Assembly (NCBI GenBank): GCA_964016885.1
Contig: OZ024746.1
Span: 14,942,001-15,006,000 of the forward strand
DNA length: 64,000 nucleotides
Direction: 5' to 3'
Source: Eledone cirrhosa
Taxonomy: Eukaryota
Below, one piece after another: positions 13,485 to 24,790 of the stretch. The position numbers and the translations under genes were made by a program. Each line of letters begins with the position of its first letter. Position 1 is the stretch's first letter. The notes below the pieces were generated by a model, which did no database searches, was not told the DNA's origin, and worked only from the letters and a program-made list of their open reading frames with translations.

Positions 13485-13705
13485 CTACCTCTGGTTCTAT
13501 GAAGTAAACCCACCCCTGGTTCTATGTAACAAAACCACCCCTGGTTCTATGAAATAAACCTGTCTGTGGTTCTAAGAAACAATATCACTCCTGGTTCTAT
13601 GAAACAAAACCAACCCTGGTTCTATGAAATAAAACAAGCTCTGGTTCTATGAAATAAAACCAGCTCTGGTTCTATGAAACAAAACCACATCTGGTTCTAG
13701 GAAAC
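13485..13705. repeat. About 25-bp tandem repeat inside a MITE-like element
   Basis: Unit ctggttctatgaaataaaaccagct, about 9 copies; flanks resemble 11970-12170 and the reverse complement of 59297-59500. Confidence 0.8.
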
Positions 13706-14312
13706 AAACCCTTCCATTTTAAAGGGTTCCTATTTAAATTAAAATCTGCCAACATTATTTAAAATAAAAACCTTTTGTTAATTTAAGGTAAAAATGCCAT
13801 CTTAAGAATGAAATAATCAATGATTTTAGTAAATCCATCCAAATCCTTTCAAATACAGAGTATTTTGTAGGAAATATGGTAAGGAAGTGTTAATGGAATG
13901 TATTAAGACAGCTACAACAAAACTGTTGGGTTCATTGATATTTCTTTAATGAAATTATAGAACCAGAAATATTATACATGACCAGCAAAATCTTAACAGG
14001 AAATGACACAGAAATATACAAAAATGTCCTATCAGTTATGAAAACATCATTTGGATCAATTGGAATAAATTACTTTTAATGTTCTGTACCACATGACACC
14101 ACATTAGCAAGGCATTCTTGAAAAGTAGAAAACAGCTCTATGATTGCATCACATTAAAAATGAAAGTCTTTATTTTAATGCCGTAATCTTATAATAAAGA
14201 TACTATAAAACATTCGAATTAACAAACCTGTTTTTAGATATTTTCTGCTGAATAACTACAGAGTGTTAAGAGTTAAACAAGATAATCACAATAATAAATA
14301 TATTAATTGGTA

Positions 14313-16937
14313 ATGAAACGTTTTAAAAATAACATGTCTACTCTATCATTTGTATATTTTCTGATATTTTGGGGGTTTTGCTCAACAATAGAGTTTGAGT
14401 TTCATGTGTTTGAAGAAGAACCAATAAATACGTTTATTGGTTCTGTTAGCAACCCCAACACATCTAGTCAGTCTACCAGATATCTGATCATTGAATCAAA
14501 GAAAAATCTGTTCAGTATTAACAAAGATTCTGGAGAGATCTATACTGCAAAGCATATCGATCGGGAAGATTTATGTGCATCTGAACCTGTTTGTATCTTT
14601 GTTGTGAAAGTTCGAATAGATTCAAAAACATTTGAAATAGTCAAAGTGAATATTTGGATTGATGACATCAATGATAATGCACCAGTATTTGAAGAAAACG
14701 AAGTTTCATTAAAGATTACAGAAAATAATCCACTTGAAACGTTATATCCCATCGTAGATGCTTGGGATAGTGATTCAGGAATTAATAATTCTATGATATG
14801 TTATACACTGTTAAAAAATGACAATAATAGATTTAGTTTGATGCAAAATAATAAACAAGTGGTTAGGTTGAAAATTAACAAGGCTTTGGATTATGAAGAA
14901 CAAAAGTTTTACCAATTGACCATTGTAGCAAAAGACCAAGGTATTCCACAGAGGAGTGGAAGTATGTTAATAAATATTACTGTGTTAGATGAAAATGATA
15001 ATACACCAAAATTTGAAAAAGTTGTCTACAATGAAACAATTTTTGAAAACGTACCCATATTTTCTACAATTCTTAGGTTGCGGGCAACTGACAAAGATTC
15101 CGATATAAATGGTAAAGTGAGATATAAATTGAGTCATAAAACATCTGCTAAGATTAAAGAAATCTTTGAAGTGAAAGAATCTTCTGGAGAAATTATTTTG
15201 AAAGGTAGTCTTAGTGACAGATATCAATATTCCTTCACTGTAATAGGTTATGACGAAGGTTTGAGGAGTCGGTCATCTTCTGCCTCTGTTTTTATTAATA
15301 TTGTTGATGTTAATGACAACCCCCCTCATATTGTTTTTCATCCTTCCTTAGTCAATATATCAGAATTACAACAGCCAGGATTTCATGTTGCTTTTGTTTC
15401 TGTTAGTGATAAAGATAAAGGTGACAATGGTAAAGTGTACTGTTCAATAGCTGATGTCGATCAATATTTCAAACTTAAACGTGATTCGAACACCTATCAA
15501 ATACTCATTCGTAATAAATTGGATTTTGAGAATATAACCACTCACAATATCACCATTAAATGTGAAGATAATGGCACACCTAAACTAAACAGTGAAAAAA
15601 CTATTATAGTAAATGTTATTGATTATAACGATAACCCCCCAATTTTTAACAGTGAAATAAAAATTGTTAATATCACAGAAAATAATCCAGCGCCTAAAGT
15701 TATAGCTGAAATGACAGCGACAGACAAAGATAATGGAGTTAACTCTGAAATATATTATTATCTTGAACCTCACATCACATCAGATTTTACTATAAATAAT
15801 AGAACTGCTATGATAACAACAAACAAAATATTTGATAGAGAAAATATTTCAGTGATTCAGTTTAAAGTTTTTGCAGTGGACTCTGGAGTTCCATCCCTGA
15901 CTGGCACTGCAACAGTACGGTTACAAATACTTGATATTAACGATAATATACCTCAGTTTCAAAAACAATATTATAAGTTCCAAGTATTGGAGGCTCAGTC
16001 TGCGGAGACCATTATTGGAACTGTAAAAGCAAAAGACTTAGATACTCAGGAAAATGGAACTGTTTCGTATATAATAGAAAAAAAAAATATAGCTTCACAA
16101 GTTTTTATTGTAACTGATGGTACTTTGAAGACTAAAGCTATATTAAACCGCACAGAAGCTCAGAAATATAATTTTGTTGTTGTAGCAATTGATCATGGAA
16201 AAACACCATTGAATTCATCATGTAATGTCATAGTAGTTGTTGAGGATACCAATAACAACAGTCCTTATATCATATACCCAAGTGATGCAAACAACAGTAT
16301 TTCGGTCAGTTATGAAATGACCCCAGCTGACCAACCTATTTCACAAGTCATAGCTTATGATAATGATGAAGGAGAAAATGCTAGGTTATCTTATTTCTTT
16401 AAAAATACTCCTGAAATAAGAAATCTCTTCAGAATTAATGAGACATCTGGTGAAATAATGTTGGTAAAAGACAGTAAAGTCGAGAATCTGAAACAAACAT
16501 ATAAACTGTTGATTTCTGTTAAAGACCATGGCAAACCCCACCATAATACTCACGCAGTTTTATTTGTCTATATGACGGATGGTAAGAAACTGTTGATGAG
16601 TAGGGCTAAGGAAACTGGCATTATTTTAGGAGCTTGTGCAGCATTTGTATTACTGTTTGTTGCAATAACTGCATACATAGTATCAAGAACAGAAAAACAG
16701 AAAAGACGTTATTCAGCCAAGAAATATGAAGATGCTTCACTTAGAAGGAAACGCTACAATTTTCCTAAAAAGAATGAATTTAATAATAATGGAGGCAAAT
16801 CATCTTCTGAAGTAAATGAATCTCAGTTTTCTCAAGAAAATGGAAACAGTTTTGAAACAGTCGATATTCCACCTACAGAGATACCCACACCAAGAATACG
16901 GACTGCAACTACAAAAGTCAAAGAACCATTATTTCAG
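14313..16937 (+). CDS. Protocadherin, large coding exon: signal peptide, 7 cadherin repeats, TM helix, start of cytoplasmic tail
   Basis: Six DxNDN-type linkers (DINDNAP, DENDNTP, DVNDNPP, DYNDNPP, DINDNIP, DTNNNSP), DRE/DYE and AxDxG motifs, EC1 DREDLC-x5-C, TM GIILGACAAFVLLFVAITAYIV; ATG at 14313 or 14334; donor cag|gtgaga at 16937. Confidence 0.97.
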
Positions 16938-17111
16938 GTGAGATTTTTATGGAAATATAGTTTATGAGTCAGTTTTTTCCCTATAATGTATATATATATA
17001 TATAAACATTTTAGCTCCGACATATCTGTATACATACAGGTATGTGACTTTTGTATATCAAAAGATATGCGAAATTCACACACACACGCATATATATATA
17101 CATACCCCCCC

Positions 17112-17179
<68 letters not shown>

Positions 17180-17656
17180 TTTTATTAAGGCTAAATAGTG
17201 AGTTTTGTTACTCTGGAGTTTTACCTGTTTATCACAAGGTCATCAGACAAGAACTAACGTTTCAATAGCAGATGCAGTATAAATAAAGGAAGACTTGAGG
17301 TTGGGGAGGGGGAATTAATTGTGGAGAAGTAATCAACATAAGGTGGTAGTGGCAGTGGAGGAGGATAGGGACGAGTTACCTTGCAGTTAATGGGGCTTAG
17401 GGGGTGGCTGTAGTTGCTGAGATAGAGTCTTGCATGGGTTGAACTCAAAACATATAGGGCTGTAACTATGTGCTGCAAAGTATGTTGTCTGAAGCTCTAC
17501 CTCTACTGCCAATCCACCACCCTATAAAACTATATTATTGAAAGTAAATTATTCTAAATATATCTTTAAATTTGACCACTTCATTTGTACAAACATTGAT
17601 CATCACTTTAACCAATAGAAATCAATAATTTTCCTTTTTTTCCATTGTGAATTTAG

Positions 17657-17789
17657 TACAGCAACCTTTTGTGTAAAGATGAAGCTAACAGTGGTCCAAC
17701 AGAAGATATTGAAGAATCTGTTATTACGGAAGAGTTTGATGAAATAGGTGGACCTTTGGATCGGGCTTCTATTAAAGGAAGCTGTGCTG
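17657..17789 (+). CDS. Protocadherin cytoplasmic exon 2 (YSNLLCKDEANSG...IKGSCA)
   Basis: atttag acceptor in phase 0 with the upstream exon, open acidic frame, donor ctg|gtaagg. Confidence 0.7.
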
Positions 17790-17834
17790 GTAAGGAATTT
17801 TTAGCAGAAGACAAGTTTGGTTTGATGGGAGTTT

Positions 17835-18090
17835 GTCATTTTGGTGGTTATATAGTTGGTCATTGTGAGTGTTTGGTAGGTGGTTATATAGTTGGTCATT
17901 GTGAGTGTTTGGTAGGTGGTTATATAGTTGGTCATTATCAGTGTTTGGTAGGTGGTTATATAGTTTGTCAGTGTTTGGTAGGTGGTTATATAGTTGGTCA
18001 TTATCAGTGTTTGGTAGGTGGTTATATAGTTTGTCAGTGTTTGGTAGGTGGTTATATAGTTGGTCATTATCAGTGTTTGGTAGGTGGTTA
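17835..18090. repeat. 36-bp minisatellite, left part (about 7 copies, two shortened)
   Basis: Unit tatagttggtcattgtgagtgtttggtaggtggtta, the same as at 20217-22828. Confidence 0.95.
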
Positions 18091-20216
18091 TCATCATCAT
18101 CATCATCATCATCATCATCGTTTAACGTCCGTGTTCCATGCTTGCATGGGTTTGGACGGGAGTTTTCCTACTTGAGGCAAGAGTGGTTGTCTTGCTCGCA
18201 TAGGACTGTCTGGCGGGTTTTCTACAGTTGGATGCCCTTCCTAACACCAACCACATTTACAGTGTGGGGCTGGGAGGTTTTTACCGTGTTGCCTACACGG
18301 CCACATTACAGCGTGGACTGTCTGGCAGGTTTTCTACAGTTGGATGCCCTTCCTAACACCAACCACATTTACAGTGTGGGGCTGGGAGGTTTTTACCGTG
18401 TTGCCTACACAGCCACATTACAGCGTGGACTGTCTGGCAGGTTTTCTACAGCTGGATGCCCTTCCTAACACCAACCACATTTACAGTGTGGGACTGGGAC
18501 GTTTTTACCGTGTTGCCTACACGGTCACATTTACAGCGTGGACTGTGTGTGTTTTTTTTTCGTGACACCTACACGGTCTCATTTGTTTCGGCCTGGATTT
18601 TGTGGCACCAACATAACTTTACATTGAAAGGGGCGGTGTGGATGGGGTGGGGGTGGTGGGGCGGGGGTGTATTTTGTTAGAGATGCCTACTGACTGTAGT
18701 AGGTTTTACTTTGTATTTAGGTAACGCGGGTCTTCTCTGTTACTGAGTACCACCAAAGGTCTCGGTCCAGTGACATTGTCTTGGAGAGGTGTAAGTGTGT
18801 GAGGTCGGAATTTATCAGCTCGTCCCAGGATTTTCTGGGTCTGCCTACTCCGTGGCTACCATCTATCTTTATTGCCCTGCACTTTGTTATACAGCTGTCG
18901 TCTTTCATGCACATCACGTGACCATACCAACATAGCCTTCACTCGAGTAAACATCTGATCCCTCTTATTTCTAATTTTTTCCTTAGTTCGTTTATGCTTT
19001 GCCGTTCGCGTATATTACTATTACACATCCAGCGGAGCATGCAAGCTTCGTTCCTCTCTACTCTGCGTATATCCTCTGCACACAATGCCCAGGTCTCACT
19101 GCCATGCAACATTGCTGTTCGTATGCAGGCATCATACAACCTGCCTTTCACTTTTAGGGAGAACCCTTTAGCGGCTAATAGTGGTATAAGCTCTCTGAAC
19201 TTTTCCATCCAGTTCTGACTCTAGCTACTGTACTTTCGGAGCACCCTCCCCCACTGCTGATTTTGTCACCCAGGTAACGGAAGCTGTCCACTATTTCTAT
19301 AGAACCCTCTGCGCAGTTGAAAGAGCTAGTATTTTGTGGGCACTTGCTGCTACTTATTGCACCAGAGCACCGGCCACATGTAAAATCTGTGTTCTTAGTT
19401 AGCTTACCTGTGATCCCACTACATCTTTTATGCACCCATACTTTGCATTTGGGACATAAAATGGAGTTTCTACCTACGCCTTTCCTACACACTGAGCATG
19501 GCCATTTCCCGGAAGGGACCGGCGCCTTATTTTCTTTCCTACAAACTAGAACTTTAGTCTTAGCCATGTTAATTTTAAGGCCTTTTGATTCTAGGCCGTG
19601 CTTCCATGTTTGGAATTTCTTCTCTAGCTCGGCCATTGATTCAGCTATGAGCGTTAGGTCATCTGCGTATAGGAGTTCCCATGGGCAGCCGGTCTTGAAC
19701 TCCTCTGTTATAGCCTGAAGAGCAATAATGAATAGTAGGGGGCTAAGAACAGAGCCCTGATGGACACCAACTTTTACGCTAAACTCTTCACTATATTCGT
19801 TGTTAATTCTAACCTTGCTCACTGTTTCTTTATATATGGCTTGTATAGCTCTCACAAGCCATTCGTCAACACCTAGTTTTCTAAGAGCCCACCACATAAT
19901 GGAACGGGGGACTCTGTCGAAGGCTTTCTCCAAGTCGACGAAGGCTACGTATAGGGGTTTACTTTTAGCTAGGTACTTCTCCTGTAGTTGTCGTACAATG
20001 AAAAGAGCGTCTGTGGTACTTTTGCCCGACACAAACCCGAACTGCATTTCATCTAGATCGATTCTCTCTCTGATTAGTTGCACTATTACTTTTTCCGTGA
20101 CCTTCATGACCTGGTCGATTAATTTAATCCCTCTATAGTTACTCCTATCTAGGGCGTCTCCTTTACCCTTGTAACAGTTAATGATGATGCTGCTACGCCA
20201 GTCCTTCGGAACAACA
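18091..20216 (-). mobile_element. 5'-truncated RTE-clade LINE (RT plus PHD-like finger, long 3'UTR, (GAT)n tail)
   Basis: VPKDW...NYRGIKL, QFGF, FVDLEKAFDRV, GVHQGSVLSPLLF, YADD, FRYLG, HGSETW, WYGHV, GRPRKSW; frameshift near 19200 and stop near 18939; splits the 36-bp array. Confidence 0.93.
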
Positions 20217-22828
20217 TATAGTTGGTAATTGTGAGTGTTTGGTAGGTGGTTATATAGTTGGTCATTGTGAGTGTTTGGTAGGTGGTTATATAGTTGGTCA
20301 TTGTGAGTGTTTGGTAGGTGGTTATATAGTTGGTCATTGTGAGTGTTTGGTAGGTGGTTATATAGTTGGTTATTGTGAGTGTTTGGTAGGTGGTTATATA
20401 GTTGGTTATTGTGAGTGTTTGGTAGGTGGTTATATAGTTGGTTATTGTGAGTGTTTGGTAGGTGGTTATATAGTTGGTCATTGTGAGTGTTTGGTAGGTG
20501 GTTATATAGTTGGTCATTATCAGTGTTTGGTAGGTGGTTATATAGTTGGTCATTGTGAGTGTTTGGTAGGTGGTTATATAGTTGGTAATTGTCAGTGTTT
20601 GGTAGGTGGTTATATAGTTGGTCATTGTGAGTGTTTGGTAGGTGGTTATATAGTTGGTTATTGTCAGTGTTTGGTAAGTGGTTATATAGTTGGTCATTGT
20701 CAGTGTTTGGTAGGTGGTTATATAGTTGGTTATTGTCAGTGTTTGGTAGGTGGTTATATAGTTGGTCATTGTGAGTGTTTGGTAGGTGGTTATATAGTTG
20801 GTTATTGTGAGTGTTTGGTAGGTGGTTATATAGTTGGTTATTGTCAGTGTTTGGTAGGTGGTTATATAGTTGGTTATTGTGAGTGTTTGGTAGGTGGTTA
20901 TATAGTTGGTCATTGTGAGTGTTTGGTAGGTGGTTATATAGTTGGTTATTGTGAGTGTTTAGTAGGTGGTTATATAGTTGGTCATTGTCAGTGTTTGGTA
21001 GGTGGTTATATAGTTGGTCATTGTGAGTGTTTGGTAGGTGGTTATATAGTTGGTCATTGTGAGTGTTTGGTAGGTGGTTATATAGTTGGTTATTATCAGT
21101 GTTTGGTAGGTGGTTATATAGTTGGTCATTGTGAGTGTTTGGTAGGTGGTTATATAGTTGGTCATTGTCAGTGTTTGGTAGGTGGTTATATAGTTGGTTA
21201 TTGTGAGTGTTTGGTAGGTGGTTATATAGTTGGTTATTGTGAGTGTTTGGTAGGTGGTTATATAGTTGGTCATTGTGAGTGTTTGGTAGGTGGTTATATA
21301 GTTGGTTATTGTCAGTGTTTGGTAGGTGGTTATATAGTTGGTTATTGTGAGTGTTTGGTAGGTGGTTATATAGTTGGTCATTGTGAGTGTTTGGTAGGTG
21401 GTTATATAGTTGGTTATTGTCAGTGTTTGGTAGGTGGTTATATAGTTGGTTATTGTGAGTGTTTGGTAGGTGGTTATATAGTTGGTCATTGTGAGTGTTT
21501 GGTAGGTGGTTATATAGTTGGTTATTGTCAGTGTTTAGTAGGTGGTTATATAGTTGGTTATTGTCAGTGTTTGGTAGGTGGTTATATAGTTGGTCATTGT
21601 GAGTGTTTGGTAGGTGGTTATATAGTTGGTTATTGTCAGTGTTTGGTAGGTGGTTATATAGTTGGTTATTGTCAGTGTTTGGTAGGTGGTTATATAGTTG
21701 GTCATTGTGAGTGTTTGGTAGGTGGTTATATAGTTGGTTATTGTCAGTGTTTGGTAGGTGGTTATATAGTTGGTTATTGTCAGTGTTTGGTAGGTGGTTA
21801 TATAGTTGGTCATTGTGAGTGTTTGGTAGGTGGTTATATAGTTGGTTATTGTCAGTGTTTGGTAGGTGGTTATATAGTTGGTTATTGTCAGTGTTTGGTA
21901 GGTGGTTATATAGTTGGTTATTGTCAGTGTTTGGTAGGTGGTTATATAGTTGGTTATTGTCAGTGTTTGGTAGGTGGTTATATAGTTGGTTATTGTCAGT
22001 GTTTGGTAGGTGGTTATATAGTTGGTTATTGTCAGTGTTTGGTAGGTGGTTATATAGTTGGTTATTGTGAGTGTTTGGTAGGTGATTATATAGTTGGTTA
22101 TTGTCAGTGTTTGGTAGGTGGTTATATAGTTGGTTATTGTCAGTGTTTGGTAGGTGGTTATATAGTTGGTTATTGTCAGTGTTTGGTAGGTGGTTATATA
22201 GTTGGTTATTGTGAGTGTTTGGTAGGTGGTTATATAGTTGGTTATTGTGAGTGTTTGGTAGGTGGTTATATAGTTGGTTATTGTCAGTGTTTGGTAGGTG
22301 GTTATATAGTTGGTTATTGTCAGTGTTTGGTAGGTGGTTATATAGTTGGTTATTGTGAGTGTTTGGTAGGTGGTTATATAGTTGGTCATTGTGAGTGTTT
22401 GGTAGGTGGTTATATAGTTGGTTATTGTGAGTGTTTGGTAGGTGGTTATATAGTTGGTTATTGTCAGTGTTTGGTAGGTGGTTATATAGTTGGTTATTGT
22501 CAGTGTTTGGTAGGTGGTTATATAGTTGGTTATTGTGAGTGTTTGGTAGGTGGTTATATAGTTGGTTATTGTCAGTGTTTGGTAGGTGGTTATATAGTTG
22601 GTTATTGTCAGTGTTTGGTAGGTGGTTATATAGTTGGTTATTGTCAGTGTTTGGTAGGTGGTTATATAGTTGGTTATTGTCAGTGTTTGGTAGGTGGTTA
22701 TATAGTTGGTTATTGTCAGTGTTTGGTAGGTGGTTATATAGTTGGTTATTGTCAGTGTTTGGTAGGTGGTTATATAGTTGGTCATTGTGAGTGTTTGGTA
22801 GGTGGTTATATAGTTGGTCATTGTGACT
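20217..22828. repeat. 36-bp minisatellite, about 72 copies, in the protocadherin intron
   Basis: Highly homogeneous unit tatagttggt(c/t)attgt(g/c)agtgtttggtaggtggtta; no spacers. Confidence 0.98.
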
Positions 22829-22894
22829 GAAGTGTTAGTGAAATGTTGTCATGTGTTGTTGAAGTTGTTAAAAACCGACTAGGACCATTATTAT

Positions 22895-23322
22895 AATCGC
22901 CCTTCCATATGCAAGAGCTGAGGCATACATCTAGTATGCACCACCTTCCCACCCCATTGACCTCCCTCGCTGTAATCACCCCACCCTAATTCCCCATGTA
23001 TCTCCCCCACCCAAGCCCCCAATCCACACCATAAAGTGGTCATCCTGAGCCACAACAAAAGCGCCCAATCCACACTGTAAAGTGGTCATGTTGGCAACAC
23101 TACAAAAAGCACCCAGTCCACACTGTAAAGTGCTCGTGTAGGTGTCACAACAAAAAGCACCCAGTAGACTCTGTAAATGTGGTTAGCGTTAGGAAGGGCA
23201 TCCAGCTGTAGAAACCAAGCCAAAATCAGTTTTGTGTGAGTAAAAAAACGGTCAAACCTGGATCTCTCATCCCACCCATGCTAGTGTGGAATAAGATGTT
23301 AAACGATGATGATGATGATGAT
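22895..23322 (+). mobile_element. RTE long-3'UTR fragment with (GAT)n tail
   Basis: Same module as 18091-18716 (opposite strand) and 40435-40850. Confidence 0.75.
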
Positions 23323-23365
23323 ATACTATATACATATATATGTTTGTAGATTGATAGATAGATGC

Positions 23366-23401
<36 letters not shown>

Positions 23402-23631
23402 GGCGGGGGGGAAGAATCAACCTCAGTACTGGACTGGTACTCTATTTATCAACCTCGAAAGGATTAAAGGCAAAGTTAACTTTATCTAATATTAATTCAA
23501 GTTAATATCCAATGCTAACATTAATATATCTAATATCAACTTTACATAACTATTTAAACTGTTATAAAATAATCAATATTTTGTAGAATACAATTTTAAT
23601 TTCATTGTTTGAATTTCTGTTGTCTTTTTAG

Positions 23632-23648
23632 CTCTTCTTGATGGTTAA
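23632..23648 (+). CDS. Protocadherin probable terminal coding exon (ALLDG*)
   Basis: tgttgtctttttag acceptor, phase 1 compatible with the donor at 17789; TAA follows, then unique UTR-like sequence. Confidence 0.5.
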
Positions 23649-23944
23649 CAGCTTCATCTGTGAAATATTGGAAGAATTCAAATATATGCTGAAACTCTGG
23701 AAACAATCAGAAACTTTTCAAGGATAAAAGAAAAAAGTCAGTCCTAAATAGAGATCAGTGACTTGGTTAGTTTAAAGAACTTTTGAACTCTCTAGATTTG
23801 AAGAAAAAGATTTCATCTGAAGCTGCTGAACTTTGTGAAAATTTCATGAAAAAGAAAAAAAAAAGATGTAATAAGTCTTCATTTTGGGGTTAAAATGGAA
23901 CATTCCAGAATGTTAAAATTCTTGAAGTAAGAAAACCAGTACCC

Positions 23945-24790
23945 CTCTTCTTTAGCTCTACATTAACTCTTAAGGACCTGTGTAGGCCACTAAATGAATA
24001 GGGACAGAATGAGGAGAAAAGAATTTGTCATTGTGATCCTTTAAAATTATGCTCACCTTAAACCCCTTAATTGCAAATGGTACTTCAGCACATAAGTAAA
24101 TATACTTATCTGTATTCATTATGTTGCAGCCAGACAATCCAATGTCATATCGTGTACCAACTAAAACAAACGCAATGTCTATATCTTTATATTTAATATT
24201 TGCAACATATCTCATTCTTTCCATCCTCATCCTCATCAAGAGAACTGTTTCTCTCACTTTTCCTAACATCTGATGACTTCAGTTCAGGTGTGCAACCTTT
24301 ACTGAATCACCTTTAATGACGTTAACATTACTGGCCAAATAAAACCTTTAAAATGACCTTTGCTCCCACATCCATAACATACTTTCCAAAACACTGGACA
24401 TTTCTTCCACGAATATTTTGCCTTTCAGTTTTCGATTATAGTGACTAGTTTGTTTCTTTCTGAGGCTTAGCTGTAATTGTCTGAGACTGTTTCTTCTCGG
24501 CAATGTCTAAATTAAACTGTTGTTGTAAGGAAATATTTGATATAAGACTTGGCACTTCTGTCACAGATGCATCATTCTTTACTTTCATGTGATCCAGCAG
24601 CTTTACTTTAACATCAAATGGCATCACTCCTGCCACAAAAACTAGCAAAACAAGCTCCTGTCCTCAACCATTTTTTCAATTTGTACAAATCTCAATAAGG
24701 AGCTTGAGTATTTATCCTCATCAGAAGATCCCTTCGTAATTCTGATGGCAGCTAGTGATATTTCAAGAAACTTCTGCCATACAGTTATTA
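23945..24790 (-). mobile_element. Degenerate Ty3/Gypsy gag-protease remnant
   Basis: Minus strand near 24345-24405 reads KCPVFWKVCYGCGSKGHFK (gag zinc-knuckle pattern CPAxGKxCxxCxxxGHF); upstream WQKFLEISLAA...SDEDK is gag-like; multiple frameshifts. Confidence 0.55.

Noticed and set aside
16938-16967. ORF-track C-terminus VRFLWKYSL* of the protocadherin
   Set aside because: It follows a consensus donor (cag|gtgaga) and an in-frame downstream exon exists, so it is probably intronic.
18091-22828. Reverse transcriptase next to a 36-bp repeat array as a CRISPR-RT, retron or DGR-like system
   Set aside because: The repeats are head-to-tail with no spacers and no cas genes are present. The RT is a truncated, frameshifted RTE LINE that simply inserted into a pre-existing array found on both sides of it.
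20239-22830. 863-aa ORF and antisense TNYITTYQTL ORFs as stand-alone genes
   Set aside because: They are translations of a homogeneous 36-bp minisatellite; the 863-aa frame has no ATG start, signal peptide or unique domain.
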